Assembly: GCA_003344405.1 (NCBI GenBank) | Contig: NOWV01000010.1 | Coordinates: forward strand, 744,001-808,000 | Reading direction: 5' to 3' | Origin: Trichoplax sp. H2 | Lineage: Eukaryota | Length of the DNA: 64,000 nt | Notes under the pieces: model-generated | What the model was told of the DNA's origin: nothing | What the model saw: only the letters and a program-made list of their open reading frames with translations | Databases searched by the model: none | Part shown: in pieces, positions 14,980 through 28,000 of the stretch | How the letters are laid out: every line of letters starts with the position of its first letter | Position numbering within the stretch: the stretch's first letter is position 1 | Position numbers and translations under genes: made by a program

Positions 14980-17900
14980 TTACGAAGATTTAGAATCTCG
15001 ACGAATTTTCCTAAGGCTATAGCGATGTCTTCTGGAACCCTTATGAGCTAATAAATAAATTCATTGAATGAACATTTTATCGTGACAAGATAGTATAACA
15101 TGTATTAAATATATGATACACCTGCTCTAATTCTTATTCAAATACTGTACCTATCCAAGATTTCTCTCCTATTACAGTAACATTACATAAATCACACGTG
15201 AATCGTTGTAATCTGTTACTGATCTCCGAGTAACCTGTATATTTCCTTACTGGTGATTCTGTAGGTGTTTTACCCTATAAAAGAATTAATTCACATTCAG
15301 TAAGTATTGTTTGATAAGCAACAAATGCTTGATTGTAGCGTAACGTCTGTAGTTTATTCAAATAATAGAATGCAAATTGTACTTCGATCAGAGCTTTGGT
15401 AATAGAGACTGATCTCTCCAATATTTCAGATTTCAAACTATTAGGGGTAACATCAAATGAATAAATTGCTGGTACATTATCGGATGGTCCTAAAGATATT
15501 AATTCAAATAAAAAATATTTTTCACTTAAAAAAATTTCATCGATTATAATTATAAACTATAAAGTAATTACCTAACATAATCTTTTTACAGTATATAAGT
15601 ACAGTAGCTACATCATGAACAACTTTGTTATTAAAGTCTAGAATATACTAACTTCTATAAAATCGATTTTCTATCCATTTTCTCTAAAATGAAATTGATA
15701 CGCGAGATTATATTTTCAATTCCAAAAAAATACTTTGTAACGGACCGACTTCGCATAAACACATGTATGCCTGCTTATATTATATCTGTCATATATACGA
15801 ATTTTAAATTATTTTATATAAATTAGAGCATTACCTGAATCTTTGAGTACCGCTTAGTTGCTTGTTTAAACATTAAGATACATTCATCCAATACTTTCCG
15901 GTGGGGATTATTATGGTCTGTTGTTACAATATTTATCACTAACCGTACTTTGATACACATACATATAATCACTACTATATGGTATAGGTAATGCGATTTT
16001 CAACCAATGATATTTTCTTAGAATACAGCTTAAGGTGTGGTCAAAAATTGCAATAAATCGACGCCTTAACAAGCCAACAAACCTTTTGTATCTAAAGAGC
16101 ATTCTTCTTTTTCTATAAGTTGAAGGTATGGCATAAACTGTTTAAAGCCGATACTTTGATATAAGCCTATTTCAGTGTTGACCGGCCTAGCGTAAAGGTA
16201 AAAGTAAAATAGCAATATCAGTTGTAGCGAAATATCTGCCATATAAGTTATCAACACAAATGAACTTGTTACTATACGTATTTGGGATATAGTGTGAAAT
16301 ACTACATATCGTATAATGTAATACAGGACATAGGTCAACATCATTCAAAATAGTAGCACAATGTAAGCTAGGTACTGCTAGTCAGAAAGTGAAATAATCA
16401 ATGAAACCCACACATAACAACTTAATTAATTATAACACCAGCGCTTACGATCTGCTGAATATAATTATCGTTACTTACCTACTGCCCGAATGTACTTGCC
16501 AATCCTGATAAAAAGTATACAGTTCCCGTAGAAGGCCTTTTTCAATCATTTCATCACATCTCGCATCTAATTTTTGATCTAAAACTAACAGGATTGATGA
16601 ATGACAAGCCTCAAGTTTGCTTTCATAGAATCTAGTTTAATATAGAAGTAAGTATCTGAAGAGATCAACATGAATCACAGCTGAATTATAATGCGTATCT
16701 ATACGAAGTTCTGCATATGGCTATCAGACAATACCAGTTAGATCACTTTTAATATTTGCATATTACCATTTTGATCGCATTCCAATAAAAATATAGCAGC
16801 AGATGAAAATCTTAACGGTCCTGAATAGAAACTTCCACCAGGTTGTTGTCGCTGACGTTCTATGTAGCTACTATGTTTGACTTGATTCCTTTTTATAATT
16901 TCTAAACTTCTATTGTTACATTAAGAAGATTCAGCACATACTGTGGTTTACAATATCTTAATAGATTCACCAATATTGGACAGAAAGTTTCTATCAGTTA
17001 TACATCAATGTTCGTACCGTAAAATTTTTCTAGTGTCATTTGGATGTAACATTGCAGCTCTTTCAGGATCTAATAATTTCAATTCTTCGTACGAGTTTGC
17101 AGATTTTTTTTCGGTATCATCAGATAAAGGTTTATTTTGATAATCATTGGCATTAGTTTCATCTGCTGATATATTCTCCTTAAAAGCCAGTTATGGAGAT
17201 CGTACAGTAAACAGTTACTGGTAATATACATAATTCGAGTGTTTATATTACGCGTATTTATCGATTTTCCCGATTGTGAATCTGAAGCATTTTAAATCTA
17301 TTAAATCTAATACTTTCTACTGTGTATATTATGGTATTACATATACAGTATAAGTATATATATATAAACATCTAAAAGCGAAAAGTTACTTCAATAGATC
17401 ACTTACTTCCTTTATTAAATAATCCCACAATAATGCTTCGATATAATAATTAGTACCACCAACCACTATGGGCAATTTTTGACGCTTCATTATATCTTCA
17501 ATATATTAATAGTAAAGGAAATGTCCGCAGGGGTATAAAACTAAGATTAATGATTGCAGTGATCATGAGGTCCATGAAATTAAGAAATGTAATCGTTTAT
17601 ATTATTTCGGTAGCTTGTTCAGTAATATTAATCAAACAATAATAAAACAATTTATCTTAGGCCTATATACAGTGGTATTTAATATAAGAGAGGTCGAGAA
17701 ATTTTACTACAATTGAGAAAGACTACAGTAACAATAACTTTAAAGATAATAACTATGTGTATGATTTCTTCTTTACATGCATAAACAAAAAACTAACATG
17801 TGCACAAGTATAATCAAGTAAAGGATATAATAGGGAGTGTTTTATCCCTAAATGAGACTACTGTAGAATATTCCGTTGGATGAATGTAGTCCATGCAGTG

Positions 17901-19040
17901 ATGATTACATAACATTCTATCTTCTTTGCTAACTTTATTCGTAAGAATATCCAATCCCTGATAAACCTATAAATAAGAGAAAAATTTTGTCACTTGTTAG
18001 GTTGTTGCTGAATATTATTATTAGTAAGTAAAGATAATTTTTAGCGCTTAATTGAGATTTTTAGTTGCCAAACACGGTAGTAGGCTTAGGGTTACTTGAA
18101 GAACTTCTGAAGACATGTAAGCACGTTCTTACATTCGTACTCGTTAACTGTACTGCACCTTAGAGTTGTGTGAAATACTAGTTTACTACATAAGTACAAA
18201 ATGAAAAACTGTAAATGTCACATTCTAAAATAACGTACGTCTTGCAATGGTTTAATACAAGACGATAGAGTGATAGAGTACTTCTTGAATTAGTCGCCAA
18301 GATCTAAACTAGACAGTACAATAAGTACACCTGTTTACTGTAGCCAGATACTCGTCAAGTATCATACGTATATATATATTTATGTCATACACAATTTCAA
18401 CTGTAAATTGAGCACAGCTGCTGGATTACTCAATCCTAGGATATAGTCGTCTGTGGTACAGTATCATCATCTCAAATATCATGTAAACAGCAAAAAAAAG
18501 ATGTAAAAGCTGACCGATTACAGCGATTTAAAAGTAGCTAAGATACAAATGTTTCATATTTTGTTCTAGCAATGGATGTATGCTTTGATTTAAGCCATTA
18601 ATTAACTAATTCGACAAGAGATTTGTTTAGTGCAATACTGTCCAAGTTTGGTGTTATCCGTTTTCAAATGCAATTCCTTTAGACTCAATATACTTGCTAT
18701 TCATTGACATCGACGAATTGTACTCCATACCATTACACTATCATATGGAAGATAGACTAATCAAAGAGTATCAATCTTTTAATTCCAGTATCGTATTCCT
18801 ATAAAGAACTGTTTATTATTTTCAATTCACTATCGATTAATAATCTTTCACTGAGAATAAAATGTACGTAGTTACTATAACCTGCATCGAATCTGCACTA
18901 ATAATCTCTCCATTTAGTTCACAGGCTAGCTTTAAACCCAGAGAGGATTTGCCAGTGCCAGTAGCTCCCATAATGAATATTATAGGCCTACGAGTAGACA
19001 ATATTTTGCATGTATTGCTCATTCCTCTGCGTAATAACAT
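14980..19040 (-). CDS. TRIT1: tRNA isopentenyltransferase (tRNA dimethylallyltransferase)
   Basis: Exon 18882-19040 has the P-loop GATGTGKS...[10 protein letters not shown]. Exon 17829-17966 reads [11 protein letters not shown]; exon 17407-17502 reads [17 protein letters not shown]. Later motifs: [17 protein letters not shown] and a C-terminal C2H2 finger CDLC...HKGSRRH. Stop 14980-14982. Confidence 0.95.
17503..17828 (-). other. U12-type (minor spliceosome) intron in TRIT1
   Basis: Donor ATATCCTTT directly after codon ATT (..KTLPI). Branch-site-like TTCCTTTAC lies 9 nt before the exon starting IEDIMK. An in-frame stop follows the donor before any GT. Confidence 0.88.
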
Positions 19041-22000
19041 CAAGGGACGCAAAATTTCAATTTGCTTCGCGTTGATTTGATTGATAATAATGAATTCTCT
19101 TCGTATTTCAACTCTTCATGAGTCGGATACAAGATGATTTAGTGGTATAATATCGTGTTGAGGAAGCTCAGCAGTCTCGGCTTGACATAGGAAGGAAATT
19201 AGTTCACGACTTCAGTACTCGTATATCTCATTTTGCAGCAGTTGCTTACTGTAAATGTTTCTAGTTACTCTAGACTGAGTTTTACATTGCGCATGTTTCA
19301 CTATGCGTAGTATAGTACTGTATCACCAGTACAATACACTACCGTACAGCAATGTACAATACAAATCTCTGCGACTTTGGATTGGATTTATTGCACCTAT
19401 TCGCTTGAAGAGAATGAATAAAATGGTTGGCTACATAGCGGACAGGAAATAACCCTTTACTAAAATGACTAGGCCGACTATTCTACTGATCATTTGAAGT
19501 ATATGATATGTCTGCAGCCGTACACCGTACTGTCTAAGGTTATCTGAATAAGCGGCTAGGTTAATGTGCACCTTAGTTTGTACCGTGCACAGTTTCAATG
19601 AGACAATATAGGAAAATGGCCAGAATAGGACTGTCATAAAACTATCAGTCCGTTCTGTTAAGTTCTCAAGTTTCCTTTTTTATTTCGTTAACCCAATTTG
19701 AAGTATACTATCACCACATGCATCAACAACATACCATGAAGAAACTATAATGACTGAACTACATCTACCTTCAAATAAACATCGTGCTGTCAGAATGAGA
19801 GTTTTGATAATATTAATTCATATTATATTCAGTCATGGACTTCGAAGTGGAAATTCTCGGTAAGAAGTTGATGCAATATATACTGGAACATAAATACGCT
19901 AACATTTCATCACTGCAAGCATAAAATACTGTACACTTTATAATCACATCCATACTTGAGATTATAAACTGCACGGATATCATGCTAAATATATTTTTTA
20001 TTATCACATAATCCAATGAGTATATTATAATACGTCTCTGAGCTTTCTGCTAAAGCATCAATTTATAGTAATACTTAGGCTAAAATCGTGCTATGCTAAA
20101 GTCTTGCTATATTTGATGAGTACCTATGTATTATATAGTATAACATACATTAATACGATGAAAAAATTTTTCCTTCAAGTGTAAAAATAATACTTCGGCT
20201 AATTTCACCTAACGATTAACAATTCGATTACCTTTACCAGTAACTAAGAAGCAATATCAGTTTAGTTAGGTTAGCATTATCCAATTCGAGATTAGAAACG
20301 CTATCATTATTTATCCAGTATTATCAGACATAAAAAGACCTTGCAGACCAGATAGGAAAAAAAGCTACAGAGTATTCCTCAAACAGGACAATGAAATATA
20401 GCAGCGAAATAGCTGCACCAAAGTATTTCCCTTCTAGAATTAGTGGTCGGTATACGCGTCTAGGTATATATCCGTTTAACTATCTGTATATTAAACTATC
20501 TCGATTTTAATGTTACAGATTAATAACGAAGATTGTAGTGCCGTAAGAAATTTAAATGAAATGAAATGCTCTCTGTCATTTATTAATTTATCCCGTTATA
20601 AGTTCAAAATCGTCATGACGTTCATTTGGTGGTATCATACAGTTAATCTTTATCTTGGTACGTGTAAGCCAACAAATCGTTCTACAACTCTATAGCTAAA
20701 ACTACTGGTATCAAGATCACCTATCTGAAAAGAAGCGTTAGCAATGATTCCATTTTCAATTAATATAAATTTAATTCAGCTCGATATTTCATTCTCTGTA
20801 TCATAAATTAACAAATTCAAAAAGGACTAGGTATTGCGTGATGCTATTTCAAAACTGCAATATATAAATGCTTTTATCATGCAGCTATTCAACCTCAGAT
20901 TGGTGAATTTATCGGAGACTTAAGAATTTTTTAGAGTATAGAAAGAGATACATAGCTTAATACCGATAATAAATTTTCCAGCTTCAGATTACCGGTACAC
21001 ATCAACATCTCTCAATTGCTTATTTTGAAAATTGAAATGAACTTCTAATCTCTTGTAGTAGCTTCAATACTTCGATTCCAGTTAATAATGATGTACTACA
21101 AACTAGTAAGTATTAATAACCCGCATACCCTATACTGTAAGCCTATTCGCATTGCATAAACTTGAAAATGTAAATATATATATCTATATTATTTAAGGAA
21201 GACATAGAATGACGATTTTCCTATGATCACACCATTTTAAGTAAAGCTATTCTCATAAATAAATTAACTATCTATACAAAATCTTACTTAAACTATCCTA
21301 ATAATATCATATGACTCAAAACGAATTTAATGTACGAAACATACGTTTATAGTATGTGCAACAAGTTGAGAACTTAAACCAATAACATGTTATTTTAAGA
21401 GATTATAGAGCTTTGAATTGTTTTTGTCATATTTAGAAAGAGATTATAGGATTGTTGCAATAGCAATACAGTTCATTTAGTTTATCAAGAAGAAAACCTC
21501 TGCAATTAATATGCTTCTATGCTATCACCAGTTTTAAATACATTTAACTTTATAGAGTTACTATTCTCTTAATTCAATATGTATCTTCCTGAGGTCGTAA
21601 TTGCGTCCTAGGCAAATTTTTGGAATCATAAAATTTTTGTTTAATAGATGCTACATCTATGTAAGTGCGCTATTAAAAATTTAACTATCCAAGTTACCAA
21701 TATATCAGTCAAGATAGAATAATTTCTAAAATTTTGTAGCACTACAGACCATTGTTCATATATAAGAAATTATTATGACCTCAACTGTTTCATGTATGCC
21801 GCACAAATAATATATATTTATATATTATCCTCATAGTTTATAATGACATCCTAGTTCAACTTATGTAGCAATGTACGCAGTATAAAAAATTAACGACAGT
21901 TATTATTGTAAGTACCCGTATTTTACCTAGTAAATATATTAAATTAATTTTCTGTTAGTAATATATGTATGCGTGTTACGGATTTGCTTTCCGTAAATAA

Positions 22001-25000
22001 ATGTAGATATTTTTGTATGTTAAGATTAACTTTGATCTAATACCATTGTCAATATTATTATGGATGTAAAACTGTGATGCTAAATCGTTAATGGATTCCC
22101 ATCAACGACGGTGAGGCTTTTAGATGATGATGAGATGTAAGCTGATTACAATAAGAATCAATTGTTTTGTACAGGAAAGCTTGGTAAATGAATAAAAGAG
22201 GATGCATTTATAAATATAGGAGAGATTTAATTGAAGTTACTGAGTAGAGTACGCTATCATCGATAAAGATCACATTAAATAGTTACCAAAAAGCTTCTTG
22301 TCTGTGACTTACTGTTGCTTAAGGTCATACACTAGGTTAGTGAAGTTAGTGACGCTTAGTCGTAGGGATACAGTGCGATAGAAACTAACGGTAGTAAATT
22401 ATGGAGTTAAATATCGCAAACGTGGTTGTAACAATGCGATATTAAAATGCTATCCTTGCTGTTTTATAATGATATAACCTCGTTCAACTTGTGCAGAGGC
22501 TTGAGAAACATTAAAGATTGACAGCAGTTATTACTGTATGAACGTACGTAACCTAAAAATCTATTTAATCGATTTCAGTAATATAGCTTCTTTGTTATCG
22601 AGCTAGCAATCTTAGTTTTCAAGATATTTTATCTCGAGATGATTTTTGAGTTGTCAAATAGCTAATCCAGAAACTATCCACATGCTAAAGACTGCTTACA
22701 TACGTACAGTATACTCTAAGTTTACGAAGCAAATGATCACGTAATCGTTACACGACTCCATTTTTGAATCATTTATTTGGCCTTTCATCTACTCAACCAT
22801 CACACGAAGAATGAAGAACTGTCTACGTAATTTTTTCAGTAAGATGAACTGATCCATACGTTTTATAAAAGCTATCATATATTCTAACTTGTGAAATACT
22901 TGTAGATATAAGAATCACCCGGGTTAATATATCGAATGTCTTATTTTTTAAACTAGTTAAGAATTATCCATTTTGTGTATACGAGTAAAATTTGAAGACT
23001 TTCTCTATTAATCTGATAAGACGCGAGTAGCGCAATCACATAATCAATAAAGATTACTTAGTATACGATATCAGGGTTACAGATTCTAATAAAGGATACA
23101 ATGATAATATCGATTTCATGATTAACATATGAAACACTAATCTAATGAATTATTACAATCATACCGTACTTTTACAAAGATTACTAGCAAATGTTGGCGT
23201 GACACAACACTGCTAAATTTACAACTTGGCATGCCGATCGCTTTTCTTTGATTCTCTAACAGTATAATTGTATTGCGGCATATTATTATTGGCAATCTAC
23301 CATATGCGCATTAAGTTATTAAATCTTGATGGGAGGATCGTCCCATATTTTTCAATGAAAACCATAAAATGTTAGAAACATTCCGATATATTATGGTGAT
23401 GACATAACGTTGAAATCTCAGTAAGATATTAAACGCAAGGATTAGCGTATTTACTGTATAAGGACTAAATTATATTTATTCGTCGAATGATTTTAATTAT
23501 GCTGTTATTCATCGCCTTATTAGATTTAATTTATCAGAAGGCGTGCCGCTTATCTTACATCAAGTGTCAATATTTTGTAGAATTCTTGAATCAGTTGACG
23601 TTTATACATCGAGATAAATATTAACAGTATAGATGATTTGACTGCAAATAGAACTTTGTAAGGTTATTTTCTATTAGTAAATTACGATAAAAGTGATATT
23701 ACAGCCACGAAATCTCATCGGCATTTTTGGATAAAGCTGTCTTTATGTCATACGGTATAATACGCAACATTACTTCATTCCTGTATTGAGTAACAAATAA
23801 ATAAACAAAAAAATAAATAAATATGCCGAATCCAATGGGAACGAAAAAAAGATAAAATTAACATTTGTTTATTATCTAGTCTTCTACCATCAGGTAAACA
23901 ATCAGATCTATGTCCGTCACATACGCCAGTAACTATAATCAGATTAATACTCTTTCACAGCACCATTAGCTTTACTATCAGCCCAAAATTATTATTGATA
24001 CTATTTGGTTAGGACAATAAATAACAATGAAATAAGTACTTGATGTTAATGAATGAAAGCGTCAATAGTTACCGTATGCGCTCCTACTTGACATCTAATA
24101 GAATGATACCGTCTGTCGTCTGCTGTGACTTAAAACTTTATTATATATGCATGATTGAGATATTTCAAATGAAAGAGAAATAAACTGAACATGTAGAAAA
24201 ACACTTACGGCTCGCGGAATTACCAACTGCTCGTTGTATGATAATCGTACGCTTGCTATACTTAATTAATTAGTAATCGCTTACCTGATTATAATTGAAA
24301 ATATTAGAATATAGTATTTCAAGAATCATGCTGTAACTGTTCATTGATATATTTTAACATTGACTTTCTTCTACTATATGCGAGAAGTACCGGATAACTA
24401 AAGGTCAAAAATATGCTTTAGTGGAGAAGTGACAGTAGCATTAACATACGCTACTTTACCAATCTGCAACAACCACCCTAGCAAAAACAGACCTACAAAT
24501 AATTGTAATATAGCTATAAATTAATATAATATTCCCAAAATTCCTGTTTTAAAGTCGTAAGCTGGCAAGCGCATTCTAAGATTATTGCTCGAATGATTTA
24601 ATTTCAATTTATCTAGTTTAAGTTTAAATTTAAAATTTTAATTTATTTTTTGTAGAATATCGTAATTTTACTGGATGTTATTATCCACTAAGCACATTTG
24701 TAGTCATGATAACGCTAATTTACATTACGTATAAGTACATACAGTATCATCCATGCAAACATACATCACTCAGGTTATATCGCTATAACAAGCAAGCACA
24801 GCCCATATGGAACATGGTAAAACCTCAATTTAAATCACCACTGTATATAATAGTCATATCTAGAGCTAATATAGCGAAAGTTATTGAAAATATTTTATTG
24901 AACATTTAATGTTCTTATACAGACAGAATGCGACGTTCATTAGAACTAACGGGAACTAGCTCTAAGAGCTTTATAATTATCTGTATACATAAAATATATG

Positions 25001-28000
25001 CGTTAATTTGGCTATACTATCTTAATGAAGTTAATTAGATGCAAAGGAGTGATATAAGGATTAAATAAATGCCATAAAAGTATGTAACATATCGCACCAT
25101 TAAGTGTGCTATTAGTTATATAATTGGTACTATTTTTAGTTTAGAGATTCTACGTTTAAGTCTTCTAAATTCTAAAGTGATGAAGAACCAATAGGCGATG
25201 CTCGCGAATATTATTCTTAACGTTGCCATACAGTAAAGTGCCACTTTGACTGTAAAGATGTACAGTATACTAAAATGATAACGTAGATCGTTTTTGACTT
25301 GAAAGTCATCAAATCCGTACATTTGCTTCTACAATCGTTGATACATTATTGCTATCTTCTGTCCATATTTATCGGCGATTTATGAATTACGAAATTTAAA
25401 AAAGGACGTTACTAATAAAATATAATTTAATTACCTACACTGATAATGTTACATGCCTTACAAATAATTACAACAGTTGTATCACATTTAATTACTAGCG
25501 GAGACACTATTTCAAAATGAGCAGGTGCAAAGTAGAAATCAGAAGATATACAGTCCTCTGTGTTTCATCATATACAGTAATGTTATATTATTTGGACGCT
25601 GGTGTACATGAAATTTAGTTACTTCATCGAGTCCGGTTGCATGTTATGCTTTTGCACTGACTGAGTAGCCAGCGCTGTAGTATTATTCCTTATTGCAATA
25701 TACACAGATTGTATGCCTACATTGGTAGACCATATGTAGAGGATAACAAATATAAATTAAAATCTTTAATCTTGCACCAGCTATTATTGATATTCTTGTG
25801 TACATAGCTGTAAGTTGTGATAATATCGATCTAAAATTACTATCTAATCTCCAAACATCTATCCTCAGTATAGCTGCTACTGCTCTCTTAACGCCTCCAG
25901 CTATAGTAACAACTTGTTCCTAAATCCTAAATATCGCCAGCATTGTTACTATCTCATATATAGAAGTATCAAGACTGACATAAGAGTATAGCTCTAAAAT
26001 CATCCAAAACTGTTACAATCTGTACAAGCACACCATGAAATTATCCATGCATTAAATAAGGCTTTTTAAGCTAACTTATGGAAACTACAATTATAACATG
26101 GAGTGATAGTTGCTATGTTGCGCAATTGAAACGTAACTTTATTAAGGTAACAATTTATTCCACAATGGAAAGGTTAAAATATGTAATGCAATTTGTTATG
26201 CAATATAAGTACGTGATATAAACTTATAAGGAATAAAATTTTTGAATATACCGTACTATACCATATTTGATACGGAGTATTAAACAGTTCACGGAGCGAT
26301 CACGCGGTGCTCAATTCAGTAGATTGTCAAAATACTGTACATACTTCTGTTACAACAGCTGATAATATTCTAGTAAGTGTTAGTAAAGGATGAGTAAAAT
26401 ACATTTTTTTTCTGTAACACTTTGTAGGTGTAACTCATTTATAGCTTGTTTATGGTTAGTGAATTCCTTGACTACGAATGGGCGCTGGGTTATCAATTTT
26501 CTGTACAAGTTCGGCATTTACCGAAACGTACTAAACTATGAACTGTTTAAAATTTCAAACCTTGAAACAATTTATCCTCTGTTTGACATATATTGAATAA
26601 TCATTAGTTGTCTATTACCTTCACTAATTGTATTCCTCCTTTAAATTAAATCGAAAATTTAAATTTTACTATGAGTGATGTCAAGAAAGTGATAGATGTA
26701 TCTTGAATCGATTCGTACGTCTTCCTTAAATTTAGAACTGAGGTACGGTTTTATAGTTTTATTAGGTTTAAACCAAGAGCTAGTTACAGTATCGAACAGT
26801 TGATTGCCATCATATTTTACAGTATACATTTATATAAGGATACATCTAATTTTAGGGTCATGACAATCTTGTGAAGTACAGTACAGTAATATACACTTCA
26901 ATGTGGTAAACCGGAAGTGCTTTTACTAGGCAATACTAATTAATATATCCAACAATCTCGCACTTTAATACTGTGAGAATTAAAATTAGCAGCTGCAGCT
27001 ATAAAAGCAGCGCATTATTTTACGTCTTTCCATTGGAATAAAATCCTGAGCAACGAACCTTTCAATGCTGAAATCGCCTTCAAATCGGTTAGTATCGTTT
27101 AATTTACTGCAACGTATTACGGATTATTATATACATTGTCATTTAACCGATATTTTTAGACGATTTATACTATACGTACCGTACATGATATTATCATAAT
27201 CGCATAGAATGTGCTACCCCTCTTTTTCCCTGTGATAAAAAATTTTATGAGATACACGGTTAATTAATCTACGTCAATGTACGTAGGGGATTACTTTATT
27301 AATAATACAGTACCTACAAATTACGTTTCTAGTCTAGTGCAGTAGTCTGGTTTGGCTCACAAATGCATCGCATCACTTTACGGTTTAGCGTACGTCAAAA
27401 ACCTAAATTAATCAGCTGAATTAATTAACTGTACGATTCTGTACTCTACTACTTCGATCCGTTGAAGCTCTAATTTATTGTACTCTACTACCAATACAGA
27501 AGCAAATACTTCCAGAATGCGGCATATACTGTACTGTGTTTGCTATTCATGTTTATTTATCGTAATTATTAAATTAAAATCGATTCCTGGCTTATAAAGT
27601 ATAGCACTTATTCTATTTTCATCGTATGATTTAAAGCATTATTTATGTTACGAAATCAGGGGTCATAGTTTAAAGTGAGTACGCGTCGTACGATAAATTC
27701 ATTTCGATTTGCAACTATCATGTGCTGTGTAAAAATGTGAAATAGCTGGCATAAAATAGAATCCATGGCACGATGCCATTTATTATATATAGTAGGTTAG
27801 CTGATGGAATGTTTTTTTCTAAATCGGCCATTTTAAAGCTCTGCTGTATATTACGTGCATAATATGCCTTGCGAAGTTGCAATTTCTCACTACTGACGGT
27901 TAAACTGTACAATGACACTGCAGGCGAGTCTCGCATGATCACTACTAAATACAACACAAATTAATTAGTTGTAATTATCAATTATGTTAATCGCATAATT

